DNA of 64,000 nt. Source: Basidiobolus meristosporus CBS 931.73. Taxonomy: Eukaryota; Fungi; Basidiobolomycota. Below, one piece after another: positions 36,512 to 46,461 of the stretch. The stretch is from the NCBI GenBank assembly GCA_002104905.1, contig MCFE01000466.1:6334-70333 (forward strand). The letters run 5' to 3'. The position numbers were made by a program, and so were the translations under genes. Positions within the stretch are counted from its first letter, which is position 1; each line of letters opens with the position of its first letter. The notes under the pieces are model-generated. The model ran no database searches. It was not told where the DNA came from and saw only the letters and a program-made list of their open reading frames with translations.

Positions 36512-37405
36512 TTATTTACGGAGAGTGGCGGTAAGCATGTCAAAAGTTCTATACGAGTGGGCAGATTCAATGAAAAGGAGATCACACGTCCCCAGCACGA
36601 ATAGCAGCTTCCTAGCCTTGAACGAGTGGTGATCAAAATGTGGAAACATGTGAAGGATCTGTTTGGAGTAGGAGTTCTCCTTGGCGAATTTATATGACAC
36701 AATCATCAGCTCGCCATTGAGCAGGTTGTATAGGGCGATCACTCGTTTGCTTTCGTCAATTGCGCACAAGTCGTAATGCCTATTAAGGGTGAGTTTGGGT
36801 GTGTTGTTGATCACGGAGAGTGGGATGTTTCGGATGGTATCGTGGTAAATCTCGGTGCAGTTCGTAAGGAAGTTCTCGATGACTATCAAAAGCCTCTTGT
36901 CGCTTAGCTGGAAAACCTCAGACACGTTGTGTGTTCTGGGGTTAATGTCTAGCACCATGGAGGTGAGCACTTCATCATCGTGTGCCGAGGAATTCCAGTT
37001 CGCAGATTGGAATCGCGAGCCGCCAAGCAGCTTGGGCTGGGAGAAAATAAGCTGTGGACAGGTGCGGAAATCCTGAGAGTGCTGAACACCAATAAAGATG
37101 GCCTCTTCGTCTATATGACTCAAGGTGGAGAAATTGCTGTGCTTCCTGGTACGACAGTATATAGCTGAGTGATCAGAGAGCGCCGAGCACGCACTGCTTT
37201 TACGTGATTTAGGGGGGCTAGGGAGGAAACTCAGTTCTGAAGAGTTGGATGCCCAGCTGGACTTCCTATATCTTTGCGACGGGCTGTGTTCGAAAGCAAA
37301 GGGGTCGAAGCCAAGGGAGTCGGTCTCTACGGTGGGGATATCCATCGGAAACCTGTAGCTCTGCTGGGCAGGAGTGAGCCCATTCGTAGGTACAACAAGC
37401 GTCAT
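36512..37405 (-). CDS. Hypothetical protein (~297 aa from the ATG at 37405; ORF open to 37501)
   Basis: Long uninterrupted ORF with an S-rich N-terminus and a globular-looking C-terminal half (CAIDESKRVIALY). No family recognised with confidence. Confidence 0.5.
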   Translation of the reverse strand: MTLVVPTNGLTPAQQSYRFPMDIPTVETDSLGFDPFAFEHSPSQRYRKSSWASNSSELSFLPSPPKSRKSSACSALSDHSAIYCRTRKHSNFSTLSHIDEEAIFIGVQHSQDFRTCPQLIFSQPKLLGGSRFQSANWNSSAHDDEVLTSMVLDINPRTHNVSEVFQLSDKRLLIVIENFLTNCTEIYHDTIRNIPLSVINNTPKLTLNRHYDLCAIDESKRVIALYNLLNGELMIVSYKFAKENSYSKQILHMFPHFDHHSFKARKLLFVLGTCDLLFIESAHSYRTFDMLTATLRK

Positions 37406-38350
37406 GTTGGACAGTAGAGCGATGGAACAGATTACTGGGAGATAGGTTATTCTTGCGAGCGCTTCAGGAGGAACACGAACCCATTTATATGCAACAAGCA
37501 CCCGATCATTGATCCGCTCGTTAACATCTATTCATTGATCCAAAGCCTCCTGAGTCAACAGGTTGGTGGAGGGCACAAGCATAAGCTGAAGCTATTGGTG
37601 GATTATTAGCTGGGACGCGTTAATGCCGTAGTGATTGTTACATCATTGCCCAACGAATATATTGTTTCCTCAAGACAAAACTTTGTGGCATAAATTGGTT
37701 AATTTGAGTGAATTCGATTCATTCATTGATTCTAAGAATGAGCCAAGACCTTCTTCATAAAGGTTGAACAGGGCATTGTTATGTCTCACAAGCCCGATCA
37801 TACTGCCTAACTTGATACTAATTGAGTACGAGTCAAACACACCAAGGAGTACAAAGCAATGCTAGAGTCTTCACACCAAAGCGATTGTGTACCGACAATC
37901 AAAATAGACACTTGACTTATTACCATTAATATTCATCCATTTAAATAGACACTTGACTTATTGCCACTAATAGGATCAGCACAACAAACATTCCTGTCTG
38001 AAATCGGTCATTATCAAGTGTCACTATGGCATTGTCTAGTATGGTCTCTTTAATATGATGTGGATTGTGTGCAACTCGATGTTGCCGACATTTTCTGCAT
38101 CTGGTAGAGTCTCCATTGGCTCGATCATAATAAATGGTGTAACGATGAGTGTCGGTAATGAATCATTTCTATGCCGTTGTAGCTCAGCAGCGGCTTTGTC
38201 GTGCTACCAAACTTGCTATTTGCAATACACTCTTAGCCCATTTCATGATCAGCTTCTTGCATTCCTGACGTATTACAGCGATACTAAGTTTCAATTCCGG
38301 TATCAATTTTCGTCTACAGTATGTAAGGTGATTAAATTTGAATGAAGAGA

Positions 38351-38471
38351 AGCCACCCCTTAGAGGCGGCACAAAAAATTGTGCAACTCTCTTAAATGCT
38401 TCCCCTCCACGGAAATCTTTAGTAAAAGGCGAAAGATTTATCCGACTAGATGAAGAGGAAGCGAGAGTGAT
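38351..38471 (-). ncRNA. U5: U5 snRNA, copy A
   Basis: GGATAAATCTTTCGCCTTTTACTAAAGATTTCCGTGGAG (invariant loop I GCCTTTTAC), stem ACTCTC/GAGAGT, Sm site AATTTTTTG, 3' stem-loop GCCGCCTCTAAGGGGTGGC. Confidence 0.93.
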
Positions 38472-38811
38472 GGAGTTTGTCGATGTCTTGCATTTGGATT
38501 TTATGGACGAGGTCGTTGCAACAAAATTATGGGTTTCCTTTTACTGCAGCGTTCCATAGAAAACTATGTATGTTACGTGATTTCAAATTGCTCACACCAA
38601 CCAATCATAGAAATGTGTTTTTTCTACATGCTGTATTGAAAGTTTCAGACAAAGATGCCAAACATATTGACTGGTTTATGAAAAGATGATGTAGACGAAG
38701 CTAATGAAGGAACTGAATGTATCTTTCCGAGGACAACATGTCGTACATTCAGCTGACCCTTCTAATTACTGGATTATTCTTTTTCTTGTCTTAAGCTTTG
38801 ATTAAATGGAT

Positions 38812-38937
38812 GCCACTCACAAGGAGCAGCGAGTGAAAAATTCCTCAACTCTCGTAAATGCTCCTCCTCCACGGAAATCTTTAGTAAAAGGCGAAAGATT
38901 TATCCGACTGATTGAAGAAGAAGCGAGAGTGCGTAAT
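38812..38937 (-). ncRNA. U5: U5 snRNA variant, copy B
   Basis: Same loop I core; stems re-paired; Sm-like AATTTTTC; different 3' stem-loop CACTCGC-TGCTCCTT-GTGAGTG; TATAAA at -33..-28. Confidence 0.85.
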
Positions 38938-39537
38938 GCTCCTCTTGCACCTCTCCTCCCTCCATTTATACCATTCACCGAGAGATCGGTGGAGCTTATG
39001 GGTTGCCACGATTTTTCTGTTCCCTTTCACTTGCAACCTCGCCCCCCCCCACACATGCATCCCATCTATCTGCACCACCTGTCCATATCACCCCCGCCCC
39101 GCCCCATATTGAGTAATCGATAGGTAGCTGCATAGATCCATGCCATCAGCATGGACCACTTAAAGTGAGGGCATGGCCTCCTTTTTGCATTGCGCCGTGT
39201 CAAGTTGGGCAGCCAAACCGAATCAAACTAGCAATCGTAGTGGCGCTCACACCTGCAACCTCTAGTTGCATACAGTTGCATAGAACATCTCATCACCTCA
39301 ATCGCACCGCACTGCACCACACACCCCACTCCACCCCCTTCTGACCACCCAACATTTGACGAGCAGAGTACATTGCATCAGCCATTCCGGTTGGCAGTGT
39401 CCGTCACTAATCGAACACACACCAACAAAGCCAAAGTTACGACTGAAAGCATACCCGACCATGTTCCCAGCTAAACAATCATACAACAACCCAACTACCG
39501 AGTTCACATTCTTTCATTTCGATTTTGAGTAAAGAGA

Positions 39538-39659
39538 AGCCACCTCTGAGAGGCGGCACAAAAAAATTCGACAACTCTCTTGGATGTTTCCCCTCCACGG
39601 AAATCTTTAGTAAAAGGCGAAAGATTTATCCGACAAGATGAAGAGGAAACGAGAGTGAT
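39538..39659 (-). ncRNA. U5: U5 snRNA, copy C
   Basis: Loop I core, Sm site AATTTTTTTG, 3' stem-loop GCCGCCTCTCAGAGGTGGC; TATATA ~30 nt upstream. Confidence 0.94.
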
Positions 39660-39794
39660 GTGGGGGTAGTGTGGTGAATTGGGGGCTATATATCGCCACG
39701 GATCGGCCCATCAGAGCTTATGGTATTGGGATTTGCAATTTCCGAGTGCGAAAAAAAAGAACGAAAATTTGATAAATAAAAATATGAGCATTGC

Positions 39795-42105
39795 TCAAGA
39801 CTTTTGATCTATATTTATATCACAGGTGATGAATTCCACCGCATTCAGAAGGCTTAGACGGCTCAGGCTTTTGGGATGTTTAAAATTATCCGGTATCTCG
39901 CCACCGAGACATTCGACGTAGGTTTGGTATTTGATTAGTTCATGGAGGATGTATTGGGATTTACGTTCCCAGTTGGAGAATGCTTTGGCCATACTGCTTG
40001 GGAGGGAGGAGAACTGAGGGATATGGTAAGTGAGTGCAGGACTGGATGTGCACGGATGAAAGAAAACTTACGCGCATCTGCAGAACTGCGTGTAGGCTCA
40101 TATGTTTCTCGAGGTCTTGTTCCAACTCTGACACATGTCTTGCTAGGGATTCGTATTGTTGTATCTATGTACCGCGATTAGCATGGGCGTTATTTACCCC
40201 GACAAAGATATTTACCATGGGTAGCCCCGATTGGACCATGGGGTTGGCCGGTTCCGCCCAATCATGTAATCCGACGGCTTCCTCATGTTTACCACCCGCC
40301 GATGGTGGCGGCATTTGGTCAGAGCCCCATCCGTAGTCCACATTTGACACCGCACCAGACAATGGCTCCTTGCTTTCTTTGGCAGCCCAGAAGTTACATG
40401 TTTTGACCCACTCCTGAACCTCATCGCTGCTTCGTACTTGAAACAGATACACTCCGCCATTGCTCATTTGTAGGGCGAATACGTGCGGCCTAGAGCTGGA
40501 GTGGCCGGGAGGAGGGAGGCCCGAGGCCAACGTATGGCGCAGGCTAAGTCTTCCCAATTGATTGTTCGTTTCTTTCAAGACTTCGGGGCCAAGCTTCCCT
40601 CCCTTCTCAGCCTTGTACATCCGAAACTCTCCTTTGTCTACCACAATGAAGCAGTCCCTCCATTGTCGGTTCGGGGCTTTTTTCCCGGCTTTTTCGAACA
40701 GATGTTTCCGTGTCACATAGCCCAGCTTGGTATATCGAACGCTCTCTTCGTCAATTGTACACAGCGTGACCCCGTTGCGGACGGCCGAATCGTCCTCAAC
40801 GTCACTGTATACGGTGGAGCAGCTTAGCTGGGTGGAGCTTCGGCAAGAGGCATCCTCATTCACCTGTAATACCATGGGATCAGTTGGCAAGCTGTGACGG
40901 ATGGGGTATCAAAGCTACATACACTTGAGGGGCTGGAGCATAACGAGTTGTTCCGTTTCTTATCCCTGTTCGATTTAGATCTTTGGAACCTGAAGCCAAA
41001 AGTGGAATTGGTTGGGCTCTCTGAGGTCGAGGTGGTGGTTGGTTGCGGGACGGGGGTATGTTTAATTGAAGTGTATAGTTCCTAAAGCGAAACATTCATT
41101 ACTCACGGGTTCCCCCGGATCAGGGATACCCTCGAGCTTACCTTCAGCAACTCGGTCAAGGCTTCTTCTCGGAAGAAGGGCTTGCTGCTTTGTGTTTGCT
41201 CTGTATCGCTGGAAGTGTGTGCGGAGCTCAAGGAGCTGACCTCGGAGGAGCTTTCATGGTCCTTGCTCACCCGGTTGGTGGATTTAATGGTGGCCAGCGT
41301 GTTTCTGACGAAATGGTTTTTACTGATCCTGTGGTGATTCTGGGCCACATGGAGGTCCGTATTCAGCAGCAGCACCGAGTATACAATGGTGTGAAGCACG
41401 TCTGTGTCGGAACATTTTAATCGACGTGTTTTGCCAATGGGATGCAAAATTCGTTACCCCAATCTGGTATATTTCGATCCCGATTGCACAGCCAGTATCG
41501 CTCAGCGAAGGCGGACAGGATGCGATCAATCATCTGGGACTCCCCATGCAATAGCAAATGGGAGCAAAAATATCTAAACCATTGAAAGATTCAGAACAGG
41601 GCGATATTTGTGGTCCTTCCAGTCAAGGCTTACCTAAACGCCTGCTCTAACCTCATGCCAGTGAAGTCAAAGTTTTCCATATATTTACGCAAGACGACCC
41701 GGTTCCATTGCTCACTTAAACCTAACAAAGGTTAATTTCCTTTGGCGAGTTGACCGTAATGAACGTGGGTACTGACGGTTTTCCCAAGATTTCGGCAATC
41801 TCACTCATTTGGCTTTCCTCGGTTTGTAAGAACAATTGCTTTGCTAGCTTGTCCGACTCATCTTCACTCTCCGCTATCTCCATATTGATTGCTTCGGCTT
41901 CAACTGGGATGAAGGCCAAGGGTGGCGCTGGCTTGGTTAGACTTGTCTTTCCATTTTTATAGCTAGGAGCTCGTTGAAAGCGGAACAGACTGCTTGCTCT
42001 TCTTTCTCGCTTTGGCTCAAGCAAATGGGGAAACATCTCAGTATGGAAGAAATTCGAGGAGGATTTCTGCACCGAGCATGGTTGTTCCCGAAAGTTAGTC
42101 GCCAT
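39795..42105 (-). CDS. Sec7-domain plus PH-domain ARF guanine-nucleotide exchange factor (Syt1/Yel1-like), multi-exon
   Basis: Sec7: YMENFDFTGMRLEQAFR..LHGESQMIDRILSAFAERY..VLHTIVYSVLLLNTDLHVA. PH: GYVTRKH..RQWRDCF..LRHTLA..RPHVFALQ..YLFQ..EWVKTCNFWAA. C-terminal coiled coil AFSNWERKSQYILHELIKY. The start codon is uncertain. Confidence 0.88.
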
Positions 42106-42796
42106 ATGGGTTCCTTCTGTATGGTTCGAGTTAGCTGCAACACCAATGATTTCTTGAATAAGCAATCGGGTTTTATCGACCTTGCGCTGGGGAATCTCCG
42201 CTACTTAGCCAGCAACTTGAGCAAAGTATTTTGATTACAATACTTGGCCAAATGGTTAGTATCAGAAGTGATATAGCGATGGGAAATGCGATGGGTTTAT
42301 GGAAAGGAACGCAGGCAAGGAAGGATGGTGGTATAGATTAGAAGAAAGAGTTGAAATATGGTTGCTAGATACAGTCTTCTTCATGAATGTTCACTCCTGT
42401 CGATCACATAAATACTTATTCCGTCCCAATCCATCAGGCTTGTGTATTTTACCGAAGCCAAAATAGAAAACATAACAAGGTTCTCCAAGGGGGTGCGGAT
42501 CAATAAGACCTGCAGGCGATTAGTGGAAGGGACCGTTGGATGTCGATTATTTTCTATGGCCAACTCTCAATGTTGTTGAGGAACCATTGATGTGAGTGAT
42601 ATTTGGCTATATTGGCATAGAATCCATGGTTTCTAGATAGGATAAGAGCATACTAATTACCCCCGCATGAATGGACGGATCATTCAACATAGGGATGGGA
42701 TAGCGATGCATTGCTGAAATTGCTTCTTGCATCGATTTTATTGTAATTTGAATCGCCGGTCAAAAATTCCTCTATTCATTAATTCTAATACTTATA

Positions 42797-42833
42797 CCAT
42801 AAGCTCTGGTGGGCCGATCCGTGGCCATATATA
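42797..42833 (+). promoter_or_regulatory. snRNA promoter: PSE-like CCATAAGCTC (-64..-55) plus TATATA (-33..-28)
   Basis: The same motif and spacing occur upstream of copy E (CCATAAGCTC 43523-43532, TATAAA 43553-43558). Copy A has CCATAA at about -61 and CATAAAA at -34. Confidence 0.65.
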
Positions 42834-42860
42834 GCCCCCAATTCACCACACTACCCCCAC

Positions 42861-42982
42861 ATCACTCTCGTTTCCTCTTCATCTTGTCGGATAAATCTTT
42901 CGCCTTTTACTAAAGATTTCCGTGGAGGGGAAACATCCAAGAGAGTTGTCGAATTTTTTTGTGCCGCCTCTCAGAGGTGGCT
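42861..42982 (+). ncRNA. U5: U5 snRNA, copy D
   Basis: ATCACTCTCGTTTCCTCTTC..GCCTTTTAC..GGAGGGGAAAC..GAGAGT..AATTTTTTTG plus 3' stem-loop. Confidence 0.94.
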
Positions 42983-43585
42983 TCTCTTTACTCAAAATCG
43001 AAATGAAAGAATATGACCTCGGTAGTTCGGTAGTTGTATGATTGTTTAGCTGGGAACATGGTCGGGTATGCTTTCAGTCGTAACTTTGGCTCTGTTGGTG
43101 TGTGTTCGATTAGTGACGGCCACTGCCAACCGGAATGGCTGATGCAACGTACTCTCCTCGTTGAATGTTAGGTGGTCAGAAGGGGGTGGAGTGGGGTGTG
43201 GTGTGGTGCGGTGCGGTGCGATTGAGGTGATGAGATGTTCTATGCAACTGTAGGCAACTAGAGGTTGCAGGTGTGAGCGCCACTACGATTGCTAGTTTGA
43301 TTCGGTTTGGCTGCCCAACTTGACACGGCGCAATGCAAAAAGGAGGCCATGCCCCCACTTTAAGTGGTCCATGCTGATGGCATGGATCTATGCAGCTACC
43401 TATCGATTACTCAATATGGGGCGGGGCGGGGGTGATATGGACAGGTGGTGCAGATAGATGGGATGCATGTGTGGGGGGGGGGCGAGGTTGCAAGTGAAAG
43501 GGAACAGAAAAATCGTGGCAACCCATAAGCTCCACCGATCTCTCGTGAATGGTATAAATGGAGGGAGGAGAGGCGCAAGAGGAGC

Positions 43586-43711
43586 ATCACGCACTCTCGC
43601 TTCTTCTTCAATCAGTCGGATAAATCTTTCGCCTTTTACTAAAGATTTCCGTGGAGGAGGAGCATTTACGAGAGTTAAGGAATTTTTCACTCGCTGCTCC
43701 TTGTGAGTGGC
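43586..43711 (+). ncRNA. U5: U5 snRNA variant, copy E
   Basis: Inverted near-copy of B; loop I intact, Sm-like AATTTTTC, alternative 3' stem-loop. Confidence 0.85.
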
Positions 43712-43827
43712 ATCCATTTAATCAAAGCTTAAGAGACAATGATAATCAATAATTTCAAGGAGTTGACAAAATACGAAGGATTTATTCAAACAGTTGTCAG
43801 GATTAATATTCAATAGATTGCAAGTGA

Positions 43828-46014
43828 TCACTCGTTTGAATGCATGTTTCTTGCTTCATGTAAATCGTTTTTAGCTTCATCATGCTTGGCTCCGCCTTCC
43901 TCTTTCATCTGCTCATTACCTAAAATCGACCCAGCTACTTCCTTGATCTTCCCCATTATCATGCTTCCCAAAGCAGAAGCAGTGCCTGTCTCCGCATTGG
44001 TAGACTCATCACGGTGAATTGGAGTGTTGTTTGTTGCATCACTTAGGCCATTGTCATTATGCGACAAGTTGGTGGTTGTGGAGGTAGGAATGGAGCTGGT
44101 AGTGTTTTCTGTAGAGCGAGCGGTTGAGGCAGGAAGGGAGCTGGCAGCATTTTCAGTAGGGCGGATTGATGAAAGGTTATCGTGCGTTCCACTCGCTCTG
44201 CTGCCATCCTTAACTCCCACATCAGAGATCGGGCTCGTAGTAGAATGAAGATCACGATTAAGATGATCCGTGGTGCCTGTGGTGCTGGCACCTCCTTGTG
44301 GGTAAGTGCTTTGGCTATGACCAGTTGATGCTAACTGGGTGTCTACTTGGGCAGGATCGACTTTGGACGAGATCAAAGAAGGCGCAAGTTCATCATCATG
44401 GCTATGGGCCACATTGAGCACACCAGGAGTGGTGGATGGAACTGCTGATTGTGGATTGGTGGGATTAAAAGTGTTGTCCACCGCACGGTTAGCGACATGA
44501 CTGGTATTCCTGTCACTATGCTGCTTACTACCAGTTATATCGGTAATTTCGTTCGATTCAGCAAGCTTCATATCCTCGAGAATTGTATTGTGTGGTGGAT
44601 TACCGAAGCTATCAGTCAGCACTTCGTCCGTTGTCAGCTGATGTCCATCCTGGTTGAGGTTGGTGTCAATGGGCTTGTTAGAATGAGCATGTCCAGTAAC
44701 GTCAGTTATGGCACTGGATCCAGCAAGCGTGTTGCCCCTGAGGTTTGGATTGTGAGGGGAGTTTCCAAAGCTGTGGCCAAGTACTTCTTCGGTGGCAACC
44801 TCACCATAGTGCGGTTTAGCTCCTCGGTGATCGTTTGATAGATCACGAGAAGGATGACTGGATAAGTCCTTTGCAACACCTGAGTGGGTTCCCGAGATTG
44901 CCGACCCGCTCAATTCACTCTTAACGTTAGTATGTTCAGCGGGATTGCTGATGTCTCTCTTGTATTCATTGATCTTGTCATCGATTCCAGCGCCAAGTCC
45001 GGATGTGCTTCTTCCTTGAGGTTCAAATTCAGAGGGACGATCACTCGTTCTGGTATTGAAGGTGTTGAGATGATGAGAACTATCTTCTTGGCCAGAGAAA
45101 CCAGAGCCTATGGGTGAAGTAGTCATCGGTGCATTGTGCAAAGTGCGGGTGCTTATGTCATCATCGGCTCTGGGGACAGTACTTTGGTGATTGTCTGTGT
45201 TCTGAGTGGATTTGGGATCAAGTGAGATACGGTGAATATCATGGATAAGCTGACTAACATCCTGGTTTCCGCTATTGATGTCTCTGCTAGCAGATGTGTG
45301 AAGGCTACCAGGGTTAGTATGCTGTCCATATTGACCGTGGTACTTGCCATCGCCAAAGCTTGTGTCATGTTTATCGAAGAGCCCAGAATCGATATGGCGA
45401 TCAGAGTCACTGAAAAGCTTGCCTTGTCCAATGGACTCACCAGGATTAACAGTAGAGCCGGTGACACCACTATAAAGCCCGGTACCCTCCTTACCATTGT
45501 TCCGTGTAATGTCAGCCCCAATGGTGTCACGAGTATCCTTCAAAGAGGTTAACACATCAGGGTCCACTCTGCCGGTGGGCCCAGTGCGATCGTGAAGACC
45601 TATGTCATTGGTATTTTTAGCATACTGATTGTTGGTCCCAATATCAGCGCCAATGGTATTTTCAACGGTACGCAGGGCTGGGGCGACACCAGGATTTGCT
45701 TGATGAGTTCTGTGGTGGTCGGTAAGGTTTTGGTCTTGAGTAGAGAGATGTTCGCCAGGGAAAGAACCGGGGATATTTACAAACGAATCCTGCTCGCTGG
45801 CTAGAGACTTCGAATTGTCGTGGCCAGGTAGGATGTTATGTGCTGGAGTTCTCTGCGAAGGCTTTTCAAAGTTCTGAGTGTTGTCTCTTAGCTCCGTGGT
45901 ATTTACAAAGGAGGGATCAACAGCGCGCTGTTGAACAGATCCAGAGGAAATCGGATTGGATTGAAAATCCTGGGAGCGGTCATCAGAAGGACGAGTAGAT
46001 TCAAAGTTGTTCAT
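43828..46014 (-). CDS. Large hydrophilin-like disordered protein with C-terminal CsbD-like motif
   Basis: Single ORF of ~728 aa rich in G/S/T/D/N/H. The C-terminus GSMIMGKIKEVAGSILGNEQMKEEG resembles CsbD/Hmp1-type stress proteins. Confidence 0.75.
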   Translation of the reverse strand: MNNFESTRPSDDRSQDFQSNPISSGSVQQRAVDPSFVNTTELRDNTQNFEKPSQRTPAHNILPGHDNSKSLASEQDSFVNIPGSFPGEHLSTQDQNLTDHHRTHQANPGVAPALRTVENTIGADIGTNNQYAKNTNDIGLHDRTGPTGRVDPDVLTSLKDTRDTIGADITRNNGKEGTGLYSGVTGSTVNPGESIGQGKLFSDSDRHIDSGLFDKHDTSFGDGKYHGQYGQHTNPGSLHTSASRDINSGNQDVSQLIHDIHRISLDPKSTQNTDNHQSTVPRADDDISTRTLHNAPMTTSPIGSGFSGQEDSSHHLNTFNTRTSDRPSEFEPQGRSTSGLGAGIDDKINEYKRDISNPAEHTNVKSELSGSAISGTHSGVAKDLSSHPSRDLSNDHRGAKPHYGEVATEEVLGHSFGNSPHNPNLRGNTLAGSSAITDVTGHAHSNKPIDTNLNQDGHQLTTDEVLTDSFGNPPHNTILEDMKLAESNEITDITGSKQHSDRNTSHVANRAVDNTFNPTNPQSAVPSTTPGVLNVAHSHDDELAPSLISSKVDPAQVDTQLASTGHSQSTYPQGGASTTGTTDHLNRDLHSTTSPISDVGVKDGSRASGTHDNLSSIRPTENAASSLPASTARSTENTTSSIPTSTTTNLSHNDNGLSDATNNTPIHRDESTNAETGTASALGSMIMGKIKEVAGSILGNEQMKEEGGAKHDEAKNDLHEARNMHSNE

Positions 46015-46461
46015 AATTACTACTTTGTACAAAATAAGAGGGGATGGTGGAGTGGATATACACTGTTTGAGTCTGAATTCTAGTCAGTCGCTTCGCAGAT
46101 ATTTATACCAAGCTCATGGTATTAAGTCCACATCACTTCTCGTCATCATCACCATATATGCTCTTTTGCTGCTAACTACTTATGTCATCGTAGATGTCAC
46201 CTTGTAATCTAACCGCAACGTCATAGAGCTAGTTGAGATGACACTTAGATTGGATTGGTGTAATTTTATTATGATTATTTATACTTATTCCAAACCAGAT
46301 TAATTTTTAATTTCACCTGGCTACTCATCAAATTAGCGAATGAATTCATCATTTCCTCGAAAAATAGCTAACCTTTGCAATTCTGTTTAACATGCCTGAA
46401 TGAGTGATCAACGTAGCCTATTTACCAACCACTTTATTAGTTAGTTGACACTGTACCCAAG

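Larger units (their letters stand above)
38790..39726. repeat. Left arm of ~940-bp inverted repeat (U5 B + U5 C)
   Basis: Reverse complement of 42794-43732 over its full length, including the inter-gene spacer. Confidence 0.92.
42794..43732. repeat. Right arm of ~940-bp inverted repeat (U5 D + U5 E)
   Basis: Reverse complement of 38790-39726. Confidence 0.92.

Noticed and set aside
37902-37971. 29-bp direct repeat (AAATAGACACTTGACTTATT..)
   Set aside because: Two copies only; an ordinary local duplication with no evidence of function.
39538-39565. GC hairpin plus A/T run as a rho-independent terminator, or the repeat as a hammerhead ribozyme
   Set aside because: It is the U5 Sm site and 3' stem-loop; no intact CUGANGA/GAAA core is present.
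38338-43717. Repeated small ORFs containing KSLVKGERFIRL (38338-38559, 38806-39123, 43400-43717)
   Set aside because: These are antisense translations of U5 snRNA genes.
38790-43732. Pack-MULE or piggyBac element with long TIRs carrying a captured gene (TTAA at 38791 and 43729)
   Set aside because: The arms are U5 snRNA gene pairs. TTAA is palindromic and the inverted match extends beyond it. There are no CCC-type ends or 9-bp TSD, and the enclosed gene looks complete.
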